Below, piece by piece: positions 42,362 to 52,575 of a stretch of 64,000 nucleotides of DNA (position 1 is the stretch's first letter; each line of letters begins with the position of its first letter). The position numbers and the translations under genes were made by a program. This DNA comes from Thermoanaerobaculia bacterium (GTDB lineage Bacteria > Acidobacteriota > Thermoanaerobaculia > Multivoradales > Multivoraceae), in NCBI GenBank assembly GCA_963666565.1, contig OY762911.1, forward strand, positions 3,552,001-3,616,000. The letters run 5' to 3'. The notes under the pieces are model-generated. The model did not search any database and was not told the DNA's origin. It was given only the letters and a program-made list of their open reading frames with translations.

Positions 42362-42733
42362 ATGATCCCCGCAGAACAGACGGTACTCGAGCGACTCGCT
42401 GGCGTGGAGACCACGCTGGAACACATGGCGACCAGAACCCACGTCGCAGCCATCGAAGCGCGGCTCGCCAGCGTCGAGACCACGCTGGAACACATGGCGA
42501 CCAGAACCCACGTCGCAGCCATCGAAGCGCGACTCGCCAGCGTCGAGACCGCTCTGAAACACATGGCGACCCAGGCCGATCTCGTAGCCGTCGAGGCGCG
42601 CATCGGGGCGATCGAGGCCACCATCGGCACGGCGGCCTGGGGGTTCGGCGTCGCGCTGGCGGCGGTCACCGCGCTCCTGGCCGGGCTGCAGGTCTACTAC
42701 GGCAGCCGCCGCGGCGCCGCGTCCGCCGCCTGA
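42362..42733 (+). CDS. Small coiled-coil tandem-repeat protein with C-terminal TM helix
   Basis: GGAGAGG RBS, TTGACA at 42291, three 23-aa repeats, MATQADL motif, hydrophobic tail. Confidence 0.75.
   Translation: MIPAEQTVLERLAGVETTLEHMATRTHVAAIEARLASVETTLEHMATRTHVAAIEARLASVETALKHMATQADLVAVEARIGAIEATIGTAAWGFGVALAAVTALLAGLQVYYGSRRGAASAA
42391..42600 (+). repeat. 69-bp intragenic tandem repeat (about 3 copies)
   Basis: GAGACC recurs at 42407, 42476 and 42545; the first two units are nearly identical. Confidence 0.9.
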
Positions 42734-42910
42734 CCGACCACGACGGCCAAGCGTCGTCCCGCAGGGCGCCGGAGCGCGATACGCTGTCGGCTCACCAGCC
42801 AGCGCGGCGGAAGCCGGCGCCCTGCGCCGGATGCTGGTGGGAAGCCGGCGCGTCTCGTCTTCTGCCACGCGGGCTCATCGCCCCGGAGGGGGCGCGACAG
42901 GAGGAACGCC

Positions 42911-43519
42911 GTGCAGAACAGGACGACCGCAGCAGCAACGATCGGCGCTCTGGCCCTTGCCTCCCTGGCGGCTTCGGCGCTGGCGGAACCGGCAGACGCC
43001 GACGCCCAGCTCGCCGCCGCCGTCCAGGCGGCGCCGGACGACCGGCGGGCCGGCGCGCGGGTGCTCGGCTGGACCGGCGACGGCAAGGTGGTCGAGCTTC
43101 GCGCCGGCAGCAACGACCTCGTCTGCCTGGCCGCCCGGCCGGGCCAGGCGCAGTGGAGCGTCGCCTGCTACCACGAGTCGCTGGATCCGTTCATGGCCCG
43201 GGGCCGCGAACTGACGGCCCAGGGAATCGAAGGCCAGGAACGAATCGACATCCGCGAACGGGAGATCGCCGAGGGCAGGCTGCCGATGCCGCGCCAACCG
43301 CGCACCCTGTACGTGCTCCACGGCAGCGGCTTCGACGCCGAGGCCGGCGAGGTGATCGACCCCTACCTGCGCTGGGTGATCTACACGCCCTACGCCACCG
43401 CCGAGTCGACCGGACTGACGACCCGGCCCGTCGCCGGCGCGCCCTGGCTGATGTTCCCCGGCACGGCGGGGGCGCATGTGATGATCAACCCGCCCCGCCC
43501 GGACGCCGGCGACCGATGA
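42911..43519 (+). CDS. Conserved hypothetical secreted protein
   Basis: GGAGG RBS, signal peptide, ACYH...FMARGREL and PWLMFPGTAGAHVM segments. Confidence 0.75.
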   Translation: MQNRTTAAATIGALALASLAASALAEPADADAQLAAAVQAAPDDRRAGARVLGWTGDGKVVELRAGSNDLVCLAARPGQAQWSVACYHESLDPFMARGRELTAQGIEGQERIDIREREIAEGRLPMPRQPRTLYVLHGSGFDAEAGEVIDPYLRWVIYTPYATAESTGLTTRPVAGAPWLMFPGTAGAHVMINPPRPDAGDR

Positions 43520-43601
43520 GGCGCTTCCCGCACAGGCGGCGGCGCCCCGGCGCCCACGTCATGGTCGCGGCCACCTCCGAACCCCGCCCCGGCAGCGGCT
43601 C

Positions 43602-44510
43602 GTGAGCACCGCCTTCAGCGACAGTCCCTTCCGGGACATCGTCGGGCCGTCTTCCCAGTTCTACATCTCGCAGCGGCTCCGGCTCCACTACCTGAACTGG
43701 GGCAACGAGGACAAGCCGCCGCTGGTGCTGATCCACGGCGGCCGCGACCACGCCCACAACTGGGACTGGGTGGCGAACGCGCTCCGCCGCGACTACCACA
43801 TCGTAGCCCCCGACCTGCGCGGCCACGGCGACAGCGAGTGGGCGATCGGCGGCATGTACGCGATCACCGACTTCGTCCTCGACATCGCGCAACTGCTCGA
43901 GGCGCTCGACCGCTTTCCGGTACGCATCGTCGCCCACTCGCTGGGCGCGAACATCGCGCTGCACTACACGGGTCTCTATCCGGAGAACGTCCACAAACTC
44001 GTCGCCATCGAGGGCATGGGGCCGCCGCCGAGAACGCTGGCCGAACGGCGCTCCCACACGGTCGACGAGCGGATGCGAGGCTGGATCGGCTACATGCAGA
44101 AGCTCGCCGGACGGCGGCCGCGGCGCTACCCGTCGCTCGACGCGGCGGCCGAACGGATGCAGGAGGTCAACAGCTTCCTGAGCGCGGAACAGGCGCGCCA
44201 CCTCACGGTCAACGGCATGGCGCGCAACGAAGACGGCACCTACTCCTGGAAGTTCGACAACTACGTTCGCGCCATCCCGCCGTACCAGCCCGCCGAGGAG
44301 GAACTCCGCAACATCTGGGGGCGGATCACCTGCTCGACTCTTCTGGTGCGCGGCACGGAGAGCTGGGCCAGCGACCCCGTCGAGGACGGCCGGATCGGCG
44401 CGTTCCGCAGCGCGGAACTGCGCAACTTCGAGGGCGCCGGCCACTGGGTCCATCACGACCAGCTCGACGAGTTCGTGGCCGTGACCCGGGCGTTTCTCGA
44501 AGACGACTGA
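43602..44510 (+). CDS. Alpha/beta hydrolase
   Basis: IHGG, DLRGHGDS, AHSLG, AGHWVH motifs. Confidence 0.92.
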   Translation: MSTAFSDSPFRDIVGPSSQFYISQRLRLHYLNWGNEDKPPLVLIHGGRDHAHNWDWVANALRRDYHIVAPDLRGHGDSEWAIGGMYAITDFVLDIAQLLEALDRFPVRIVAHSLGANIALHYTGLYPENVHKLVAIEGMGPPPRTLAERRSHTVDERMRGWIGYMQKLAGRRPRRYPSLDAAAERMQEVNSFLSAEQARHLTVNGMARNEDGTYSWKFDNYVRAIPPYQPAEEELRNIWGRITCSTLLVRGTESWASDPVEDGRIGAFRSAELRNFEGAGHWVHHDQLDEFVAVTRAFLEDD

Positions 44511-44528
44511 CGCCGAAGGAGATTCGTC

Positions 44529-45821
44529 ATGACCTCGACCGACACCGCCGCCGGAACCGCCGCCGGAACCACCGTCGAGGCCGCGACCGCGCCGAAGGCG
44601 GCGCCGGTCCGGGCCGGCCAGCGGATCGCCGCCATCGACGTCCTGCGCGGCTTCGCGGTGCTGGGCATCCTGGTGATGAACGTGCAGAGCTACTCGATGA
44701 TCGAGGCGGCGTATCTGAACCCCGCCGCCAACGACTGGGGCGCCGGCGCCGGCTACTGGGCCTGGCTCTTCGCGCACCTGTTCTTCGACATGAAGTTCAT
44801 CTCCATCTTCTCCGCCTTGTTCGGCGCCGGGATGGCGCTGATGGCCGAGCGGGCCGCCGCCCGCGGCGCCTCGGCGACGGGCGTTCACTACCGCCGGCAG
44901 TTCTGGCTGCTGCTCATCGGCCTCGCCCACGCCCACCTGATCTGGTACGGCGACATCCTGGTCCCCTACGCCCTGTGCGGCTTCCTGCTCTACAGCCTGC
45001 GCAACCTGAGCCCGACGAAGCTGCTGATCGGCGGCTTCGCGATGACGGCCGCGCCGGTGGCCTTCTTCCTCCTGACCGGCCTGTCGATTCCCTCCATGCC
45101 GGCCGAAGCCCAGGCCCAGTTCGCCGGCGACTGGGCGCCGGCGGCGGCCGCCGTCGAGGCCGAGATCGCCACCTACCGCGGAAGCTGGCTCACCCAGCTT
45201 CCGCACCGGAGCGCCACCGCCCTGGGCGCCGAGACCTTCGTCTTCCTCGTGCTGTTCTTCTGGCGCAGCGGCGGCCTGATGCTCGTGGGGATGGGCCTCT
45301 ACAAGCTCGGCGTGTTCTCCGCCCGCCGCTCGCCGGCGTTCTACCGGCGCCTTCTGGCCTGGAGCTTCGGCGCCGGCATGCCGATCGTCATCCTCGGCGC
45401 CGCGTTCAACACGCGGCACGGCTTCGCCTTCGAGCACTCCATGTTCCAGGGGATGGTCTTCAACCTGGTCGGCGCGACGATCGTCTTTCTCGGCTACGTC
45501 GCGCTCGTCATGCTGGCCGTTCTTCACGGCTGGCTGCCCGGCCTCCAGCGCCGGCTCCAGGCGGTGGGGCGGATGGCGCTGTCGAACTACATCAGCCAGA
45601 GCGTCATCTGCACGCTCATCTTCTACGGCCACGGCCTGGGCCTGTTCGAGCAGGTCGGCCGCCTCGGCCAGCTCGGCATCGTGGCGGCGATCTGGGCGGC
45701 CCAGCTCGTCTGGTCGCCCTGGTGGCTGGAGCGCTACCGCTTCGGGCCGCTGGAGTGGCTGTGGCGCACTCTCACCTACATGAAGTTCCAGCCGCTGCGC
45801 GCGCGGAGGGTCGCGGCCTGA
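44529..45821 (+). CDS. DUF418/YeiB-family membrane protein
   Basis: IDVLRGFAVLGIL, GRMALSNYISQS, GPLEWLWR motifs. Confidence 0.9.
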   Translation: MTSTDTAAGTAAGTTVEAATAPKAAPVRAGQRIAAIDVLRGFAVLGILVMNVQSYSMIEAAYLNPAANDWGAGAGYWAWLFAHLFFDMKFISIFSALFGAGMALMAERAAARGASATGVHYRRQFWLLLIGLAHAHLIWYGDILVPYALCGFLLYSLRNLSPTKLLIGGFAMTAAPVAFFLLTGLSIPSMPAEAQAQFAGDWAPAAAAVEAEIATYRGSWLTQLPHRSATALGAETFVFLVLFFWRSGGLMLVGMGLYKLGVFSARRSPAFYRRLLAWSFGAGMPIVILGAAFNTRHGFAFEHSMFQGMVFNLVGATIVFLGYVALVMLAVLHGWLPGLQRRLQAVGRMALSNYISQSVICTLIFYGHGLGLFEQVGRLGQLGIVAAIWAAQLVWSPWWLERYRFGPLEWLWRTLTYMKFQPLRARRVAA

Positions 45822-45969
45822 GGCGCGCGACGGGTGGCCGACTCGCGCTCGCCGCTTCGCGGCATCGCGCCCGGTGCGGGCCAGAAGGCCCGCGCACCGA
45901 CTGGCGGCGGTTACGATGGAGCATTACCCTCCCCGCGGCGACCGCCGCCGCCCCGGAACAGGAGCCGTC

Positions 45970-46476
45970 ATGATTCGATCCACCACCGCCGCCGTTCCGT
46001 TCACCTTCTTCGCCGTGGCCGTGCTGGCCTCAGGAGGCGCCGCCATGGGCCAGATCGCACCCGAACCCGAACAGATTCAGGAACTCCTGGAGGGACCGGC
46101 CGAGGGTCCGGTCGTCATGGTCAACCTCCTGCGGTTCAAGAAGGAGGCCGACGCTCCCGACGAGGGCCTCACCGGAGAGGAGGCCTACGGGAGGTACGGC
46201 GCCCAGATGGTCCAGTGGGTCACCTCGCAGGGCGCCCGGCTGATCTGGTCCGGCCGGGTCGACTCGATGGTCATCGGCGACACGGACGAGTACTTCCACA
46301 CGATCGCCCTGATGGAGTATCCCTCGCGCGCCGAGTTCCTCCGCATCGTCGGCGACCCGCGGGTCGCGGAGTACTCCGTTCACCGCACCGCGGGGCTCGA
46401 CATGCAGTGGCTGATCGCCACGACAACCATGGCCGAGATCGCCCAGGCGCCGGCGGACGAAGGGGCCGACGACTAG
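45970..46476 (+). CDS. DUF1330-like protein with signal peptide
   Basis: MVNLLRFK, EAYGRY, EYPSRAEF, HRTAGL motifs. Confidence 0.75.
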   Translation: MIRSTTAAVPFTFFAVAVLASGGAAMGQIAPEPEQIQELLEGPAEGPVVMVNLLRFKKEADAPDEGLTGEEAYGRYGAQMVQWVTSQGARLIWSGRVDSMVIGDTDEYFHTIALMEYPSRAEFLRIVGDPRVAEYSVHRTAGLDMQWLIATTTMAEIAQAPADEGADD

Positions 46477-46484
46477 CTTCCGCC

Positions 46485-46622
46485 GGGTGCGCGGGTCTTC
46501 CGACCCGCTGCCGCCGAGGGCGGCCCTCGGAATCGTCGCCGGCCTTTGGCCGGCGGCCATGCCGTCCGGTCTGCGCCGCTCCGCGGCGCCGCCAGAGGGC
46601 GGGTCGGAAGACCCGCGCACCC
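46485..46622. repeat. Palindromic element family A (complete, 138 bp)
   Basis: 24-bp terminal inverted repeats and conserved core. Confidence 0.9.
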
Positions 46623-46702
46623 GGCGTCTCTCGGCTGGGTTACACTGCGCGTGGCGCAGCCCACCGCTGACAACACCCACTGAGGCGAAGGAGATTCCGG
46701 AT

Positions 46703-47239
46703 ATGCGTTCGAAGAACCTGGCGGCGACGCTCGCGGCCGCCGTCGTGCTCGCCGCCTGCTCGTTCGTCGCCGCGGCGCCGGTCGCGGCTTCCGAGCACGA
46801 GGAGCCGGTCGGGAACCTGGCCGAGTTGATGCGCGCGATCCTGTTCCCGAACTCGAACTTCCTCTTCGACGTGCAGATGACGGATCCGGGAAGCCCGCCG
46901 GAGGCCGGCGGCGAGGGCGACGGCAACGTCTCGTCCCTGTTCTCGGGGATCTACACCGGCTGGCAGGTGCCGCAGCAGGCGGCGCTGGCTCTGGCCGAGG
47001 TCGAGCCCCTCGTCATGAATCCGGACCGGATGTGCCAGAACGGCACGCCCGCGCCAGTCGGCAACGAGGACTACCGGAAGTACGCGAAGCAGTTGACAGA
47101 GGTGGCGAAGGAGATCTACGCGGCCGCCCACGAGGAAGATCGCGAGAAGGTGAGCGACCTGACGAACGCGCTGGCCGGCGCCTGCGAGGACTGCCACGCG
47201 ATCTACCGGCGCTACCCGGAATCGAGCCGCTGCAAGTAG
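46703..47239 (+). CDS. Periplasmic class II (c'-like) cytochrome c
   Basis: AAGGAG RBS, signal peptide, N-proximal ELMRAI, C-terminal CEDCHAIYR. Confidence 0.8.
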   Translation: MRSKNLAATLAAAVVLAACSFVAAAPVAASEHEEPVGNLAELMRAILFPNSNFLFDVQMTDPGSPPEAGGEGDGNVSSLFSGIYTGWQVPQQAALALAEVEPLVMNPDRMCQNGTPAPVGNEDYRKYAKQLTEVAKEIYAAAHEEDREKVSDLTNALAGACEDCHAIYRRYPESSRCK

Positions 47240-47306
47240 CCGCTGGCGATCGCATCCGCCGCCCGCCAGCGCAACGCCGCAACCTCCGAGAACGCCCCGG
47301 CTCCCG

Positions 47307-47834
47307 ATGATCCGCAGCGCCTTCGAGTGGGTCGACGCGCTTCCCAGCAGCATCGCGCTGCGGGAGTCGCTGAACGCGTACCCGACCCTGCTGACGATTC
47401 ACGTCGTCAGCATGTGCCTGTTCGCCGGCCTGATCGCCTTCTGGGACATGCGCCTCGTCGGGCTGACGCTCAGGAAAGTGCCGGTGTCCAACATCCCGAC
47501 CCGCCTCTTCCCGTGGGCGCTGACCGGCTACGGCATCAACCTGATCACCGGCGGCCTCCTGCTCTACAGCCAGCCGATGCGCTACTTCGGCAACTTCTAC
47601 TTCTGGGCGAAGATGGCGTTGATGGTGCTCGCCGGCATCAACATGTTCTGGTTCCACTACGCGACCTACAAGTCGGTCCAGGCGTGGGACCAGGGCCGGG
47701 AGATCCCGCTCAACGCCCGGCTCGCCGGCGTCGTCTCCCTGGCGCTGTGGGCGGCGGTGGTCGTCACCGGCCGGATGATGGCCTACAGCGGCCTGATGCC
47801 CCAGTGGTGGAACAACCTGAACATCGGCGCCTGA
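47307..47834 (+). CDS. DUF6644-like four-TM membrane protein
   Basis: TIHVVSM...WDMRLVG, FWAKM, SLALW pattern. Confidence 0.75.
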   Translation: MIRSAFEWVDALPSSIALRESLNAYPTLLTIHVVSMCLFAGLIAFWDMRLVGLTLRKVPVSNIPTRLFPWALTGYGINLITGGLLLYSQPMRYFGNFYFWAKMALMVLAGINMFWFHYATYKSVQAWDQGREIPLNARLAGVVSLALWAAVVVTGRMMAYSGLMPQWWNNLNIGA

Positions 47835-47858
47835 CGAGGCCGCGGAGGAAACGTCCAC

Positions 47859-48332
47859 ATGATGCAGTCCTTCTTCGAGTGGATGCAGGGCCTGCCCTTC
47901 AGCGCCTGGATGCTGGAAGAGACCTGGGCGTCGCCGATCATCCAGTGCGCGCACCTCGTCGCCCTGGTGGCGTTCGCCGGCGCCGTGCTCCTCGTCGACA
48001 TGCGCCTGCTCGGCCGCGGCCTGATCCGGACGCCTCTCAACCAGCTTGCCCGCGAGGCCGACCGCTGGATGATCTGGAGTTTCGTCGCCCTGTTCATCAC
48101 CGGCGCGCCGCAGGTGCTGTCCACGGCACTGAAGCAGTACTACAGCCCGTTCTTCTGGTGGAAGATGCAGATCGTCCTGATCGGACTCGTCTTCACCTTC
48201 ACGATCCGCCGCCGGGTCGTACTCGCAGAAGAAGGCACGCTCGGGCACTGGCCGAAGGTGGTCGGCTTCCTCTCGATCGGCATGTGGACCGGCGTCTCCG
48301 TCTACGCCCGGCTGATCGGGCTGCTGTCCTGA
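47859..48332 (+). CDS. DUF6644-like four-TM membrane protein (paralog)
   Basis: CAHLVAL...VDMRLLG, FWWKM, SIGMW pattern. Confidence 0.75.
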   Translation: MMQSFFEWMQGLPFSAWMLEETWASPIIQCAHLVALVAFAGAVLLVDMRLLGRGLIRTPLNQLAREADRWMIWSFVALFITGAPQVLSTALKQYYSPFFWWKMQIVLIGLVFTFTIRRRVVLAEEGTLGHWPKVVGFLSIGMWTGVSVYARLIGLLS

Positions 48333-50326
48333 GCCCCCGTTCCTGCCGCGCCGTGGCTGCGGCAGCGCTCGCCGCCACGCTCTTCTGTCCACCTCTCCCC
48401 GGGCAGACCGGAGCTTCCGACGACTGGCCCACGTTCGGCGGCGATCCCGGCAACAGCAAGTACTCGACGCTCGACGAGATCGACCGCGACAACTTCCAGG
48501 ACGTGGAGATCGCCTGGCGCTGGCGCTCGATCGCCGCGGACACCGAAGTCCCGGACAACGTCCGGCGCGGCCAGTTCAAGACGATCCCGATCGAGGTCGG
48601 CGGCCGCGTCTTCGTCGCCACGTCGCTTAGCCAGGTCGCCGCGATCGACGCCGGCAGCAGCGAGACGATCTGGACTTACGACCCGGAAAGCTGGCGCGCC
48701 GGACGGCCGGCGAACCTCGGCTTCCACCACCGCGGAGTCGCCTGGTGGACGGACGGCGAACGCGAGCGGATCCTGATTCCGACACACGACCGTCGGCTGG
48801 TCTCACTCGACGCCGCGACTGGAGAGCCCGATCCCGACTTCGGCGACGGCGGCGCGGTCGAGATGACGCCGCACCTGGGTCGCGAGGTGATGGAGCGCCT
48901 GACGACGCACAGTTCGCCGCCGGCAGTCTGCGGCAACACCGTGATCGTCGGCTCGATCGTGGCGGACTTCGCAACTCACAAGGAAGCGCCGCCCGGCTTC
49001 GTGCGCGCGTATGACATCCCGACCGGCGAACTCGCCTGGGTCTTCCACACCATCCCGCAGAACGACGAACTCGGCGTCGAAACCTGGGAGGACGAGTCGT
49101 GGCGCTACAGCGGCAACACGAACGTCTGGTCCATGATCGCGGTCGACGAGGAGGCGGGAACCGCCTACCTGCCGGTCGGCACGCCGACGAACGATCTCTA
49201 CGGCGGCCACCGGCTCGGCGACAACCTCTACGCCGAGAGCATCGTCGCGGTCGACTGCGAGACCGGCCGGCGCCAGTGGCACTACCAGTTCGTCCACCAC
49301 GGCCTGTGGGACTACGATCCGCCCACCGCTCCCAACCTGTTCGAGGCGACCGTGGAGGGCAAGCGGGTGCGCGGCGTGGTCCAGGTCACCAAGCAGGCCT
49401 TCGCCTTCGTCTTCGACCGGGAGACCGGCAAGCCGGTGTGGGAGATCGAGGAACGCGAGGTGCCGCCAAGCGACGTGCCGGGCGAGCGTGCCGCCCCGAC
49501 CCAGCCCTTCCCGACCCGGCCGGCCGCCTTCGACCGCCAGGGCATCACCGAGGACGACCTGATCGACTGGACGCCCGAACTCCGCGCCGAGGCGATCGAG
49601 ATCGCGGCCGACTACGACCTGGTGCCGCTCTACACGCCGCCGCGCTTCGAGGAGGCGGGCAAGCCGACGATCCAGATGCCGGCCGACGGCGGCGGCGCCA
49701 ACTGGACCGGCGCCGCGGTCGATCCCGAATCCGGGATCCTCTACGTCGTCTCGCATACCCGTGCGGCCAGCGTCTCCCTGACCAGGCCGGATCCCAACCG
49801 CTCCGACCTGAACTTCGTGCCGGATCGTTGGTACCGGACCGTCGAGGGGCCGCGTGGGCTGCCCCTGGTCAAGCCGCCGTACGGGCGGATCACGGCGATC
49901 GATCTGAACACCGGCGAACACCTGTGGATGGTCCCGCACGGCGTCGGTCCGGTGAACCATCCGGCCATCGCCGACCTCGAACTTGGACGGATCGGGGTCG
50001 CCAATCACACCGCGGCGCCCCTGGTCACGCCCACCCTGCTCTTCGTCACGGCCGCCCCGGAACGCACCGCCGATCCCGAGGCCGACGAACCCGACGTGCC
50101 GCCGGAGATCAGCGTCTACGACAAGAAGACCGGCGAGTACCTCGGTGGAATCGAGTTACCGGGCACCCCGAACTCGAACCCCATCATCTACGAACACGGC
50201 GGCCGGCAGTACCTGGCCGTCGCCACCGGCGGCGGCCGCTTCGGCATCGGCGGCGGCGGAACGCCCCCCGAACTCGTCGCCCTGGCGCTGCCGGCCGATG
50301 CCGGCGAAAGCAAGCCGGCCAAGTGA
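48329..50326 (+). CDS. PQQ-dependent glucose/quinate dehydrogenase-like (soluble, signal peptide)
   Basis: DWPTFGG, RGVAWW, QFVHHGLWDYD, TQPFP, GGANW, KPPYG motifs; start uncertain (CTG 48329 or GTG 48353). Confidence 0.9.
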   Translation: MSPRSCRAVAAAALAATLFCPPLPGQTGASDDWPTFGGDPGNSKYSTLDEIDRDNFQDVEIAWRWRSIAADTEVPDNVRRGQFKTIPIEVGGRVFVATSLSQVAAIDAGSSETIWTYDPESWRAGRPANLGFHHRGVAWWTDGERERILIPTHDRRLVSLDAATGEPDPDFGDGGAVEMTPHLGREVMERLTTHSSPPAVCGNTVIVGSIVADFATHKEAPPGFVRAYDIPTGELAWVFHTIPQNDELGVETWEDESWRYSGNTNVWSMIAVDEEAGTAYLPVGTPTNDLYGGHRLGDNLYAESIVAVDCETGRRQWHYQFVHHGLWDYDPPTAPNLFEATVEGKRVRGVVQVTKQAFAFVFDRETGKPVWEIEEREVPPSDVPGERAAPTQPFPTRPAAFDRQGITEDDLIDWTPELRAEAIEIAADYDLVPLYTPPRFEEAGKPTIQMPADGGGANWTGAAVDPESGILYVVSHTRAASVSLTRPDPNRSDLNFVPDRWYRTVEGPRGLPLVKPPYGRITAIDLNTGEHLWMVPHGVGPVNHPAIADLELGRIGVANHTAAPLVTPTLLFVTAAPERTADPEADEPDVPPEISVYDKKTGEYLGGIELPGTPNSNPIIYEHGGRQYLAVATGGGRFGIGGGGTPPELVALALPADAGESKPAK

Positions 50327-50409
50327 CTTCGGCGGCGCCGACGGTCCCGACGAAGGCGTTACGCTCGCGTACCGAGGCCCGAGTCCGGCAGAGCAGGAGA
50401 ACCCGAACC

Positions 50410-52575
50410 ATGAGAACTTCACGCACGACTGTCGTCCGTATGCTGGCCGCGGCCGCGGCTTCGTTTCTCCTTGCGGCCGCCGCAGGCGCCCAGACTCCGG
50501 CGCGCCGCGCGGAAGCAGCCTACTCCGTGGACGACGCCGCCCTGATCGGCGCCGCCGGCCGCACCGGCGACTGGCTGACCTACGGCGGCACCTACAAGGA
50601 GCAGCGCTACAGCGTGCTCGACCAGATCGACGACGGCAACGTCGACCAGCTCGGCATCGCCTGGGTCCAGGAGACGAACACGAAGCGGGGGCTGGAGGCC
50701 ACGCCGCTGATCGTCGACGGCGTGATGTACGCGACCGGCGCCTGGAACGTCATCTACGCCCTCGACGCGGTGACCGGCGAACCGCTGTGGACGCACGACC
50801 CGGAGGTGCCGCGCTCCATCGCGATGAAGACCTGCTGCGACGCCGTGAACCGCGGCGCCGCGCTCTACCGCGGCAAGGTGATCTCGGCCACGCTCGACGG
50901 CCGCCTGATCGCCATCGACGCCGAGACCGGCGACGAGGTCTGGTCGACAATGACCGTGCCCGAGGACTCGATGTACACGATCACCGGCGCGCCCAGGATC
51001 GCCAAGGGCAAGGTCATCATCGGCAACAGCGGCGCCGAGTACGGCGTGCGCGGCTACGTCGACGCCTACGACGCCGAGACCGGCGAGCGCGCCTGGCGCT
51101 TCTGGACCGTGCCCGGCAACCCTGCGGACGGCTTCGAGAACGAGGCGATGCGGATGGCCGCCGAGACCTGGACCGGCGAGTGGTGGACGGGCGGCGGCGG
51201 CGGCACGGTGTGGGACTCGATCGTCTACGACCCGGAACTCGATCTGCTCTACGTCGGCGTCGGCAACGGCGCGCCCTGGGACCGGAACCTGCGCAGCCCC
51301 GGCGGCGGCGACAACCTGTTCCTGTCGTCGATCGTGGCGCTCCGCCCCGACACCGGCGAGTACGTCTGGCACTACCAGACGACGCCCGGCGACACCTGGG
51401 ACTACACGGCGACCCAGCCGATCATGCTCGCGGAGCTGCCCATCGGCGGCGAGGTGCGCCAGGTGCTCATGCAGGCGCCGAAGAACGGCTTCTTCTACGT
51501 GCTGGACCGCCGCACCGGCGAACTGATCTCGGCCGAGGAGTTCGTCACCGTGACCTGGGCCAGCCACGTCGACCTGGCCAGCGGCCGCCCGGTCGAGCTC
51601 GCGGGAGCGCGCTACGCCGACCAGACCGTCAACGTATCGCCGGGGCCGCTCGGCGGCCACAACTGGCACCCGATGGCGTACAGCCCGAGGACCGGCCTCG
51701 TGTACATCCCGGCGATGGAGATGGGGAACTTCTACGTGCCGGATCCCGACTACGAGTACACCCCGGGGCAGTGGAACCTGGGAGTGCGGGCAGCGGCGCC
51801 CGAGGACATTCCGCAGGCGATCGTCGACGCCACCGGCCTCTCGGGCCAGTTGCTGGCCGAGGACGCGCCGCCGGCCCTGCTCTCGGGGCATCTGCTGGCC
51901 TGGGACCCGGTCGCCCAGCGCGAGGTCTGGCGGGCGCAGTACACGATGCCGTGGTCCGGCGGCACGCTCGCCACGGCCGGCAACCTCGTCTTCCAGGGCA
52001 CGCCGTTCGGCCTGCTGACCGCCTACCGCGCCGATGACGGCGAGAAGCTCTGGGAGAGCTACACCGGCAGCGGCGTCATCGCGCCGCCGGTCACCTTCCA
52101 GGCAGGCGGCACCCAGTACATCGCGGTGATGTCCGGCTGGGGCGGCGCCTTCGGCATCGTCGGCAGCCGGTCGGCGCGGCAGGCGGTCGAGTCGGAAGGC
52201 CGGATCGTCGTCTACTCGCTGGGCGCCACCGGACGGGCGATCGAGCGGCAGGAGCGGCGCGAGATCCGCGTCACCCGCGTCGATCATGGCGCAGGGGCGG
52301 AGGACATCGACGCCGGCCGCCGCCTGTTCAACCGGTACTGCCTCGTCTGCCACGGCTACGGCGCCGTCTCCGGCGGCGTCACCCCGGACCTGCGACAGTC
52401 GTCACAGCGGGTCTTCGACTCCTACGAGGCCGCCCTGCTCGAAGGCGCCCTGGTCGACCTCGGCATGCCCAGCTTCGCCCCCGTCCTCGACCGCGACGAT
52501 GTCGCCCTGCTCAAGGCTTACGTCCTCCACCGCCGCAACATGCTCGCCGACGAACAGGCCGCGGCGGTGCCGTGA
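50410..52575 (+). CDS. Quinohemoprotein (type II) PQQ alcohol dehydrogenase
   Basis: CCDAVNRG vicinal cysteines, GAEYGVRG, WDYTA, GGHNW motifs, C-terminal CLVCHG...PDLR. Confidence 0.93.
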   Translation: MRTSRTTVVRMLAAAAASFLLAAAAGAQTPARRAEAAYSVDDAALIGAAGRTGDWLTYGGTYKEQRYSVLDQIDDGNVDQLGIAWVQETNTKRGLEATPLIVDGVMYATGAWNVIYALDAVTGEPLWTHDPEVPRSIAMKTCCDAVNRGAALYRGKVISATLDGRLIAIDAETGDEVWSTMTVPEDSMYTITGAPRIAKGKVIIGNSGAEYGVRGYVDAYDAETGERAWRFWTVPGNPADGFENEAMRMAAETWTGEWWTGGGGGTVWDSIVYDPELDLLYVGVGNGAPWDRNLRSPGGGDNLFLSSIVALRPDTGEYVWHYQTTPGDTWDYTATQPIMLAELPIGGEVRQVLMQAPKNGFFYVLDRRTGELISAEEFVTVTWASHVDLASGRPVELAGARYADQTVNVSPGPLGGHNWHPMAYSPRTGLVYIPAMEMGNFYVPDPDYEYTPGQWNLGVRAAAPEDIPQAIVDATGLSGQLLAEDAPPALLSGHLLAWDPVAQREVWRAQYTMPWSGGTLATAGNLVFQGTPFGLLTAYRADDGEKLWESYTGSGVIAPPVTFQAGGTQYIAVMSGWGGAFGIVGSRSARQAVESEGRIVVYSLGATGRAIERQERREIRVTRVDHGAGAEDIDAGRRLFNRYCLVCHGYGAVSGGVTPDLRQSSQRVFDSYEAALLEGALVDLGMPSFAPVLDRDDVALLKAYVLHRRNMLADEQAAAVP

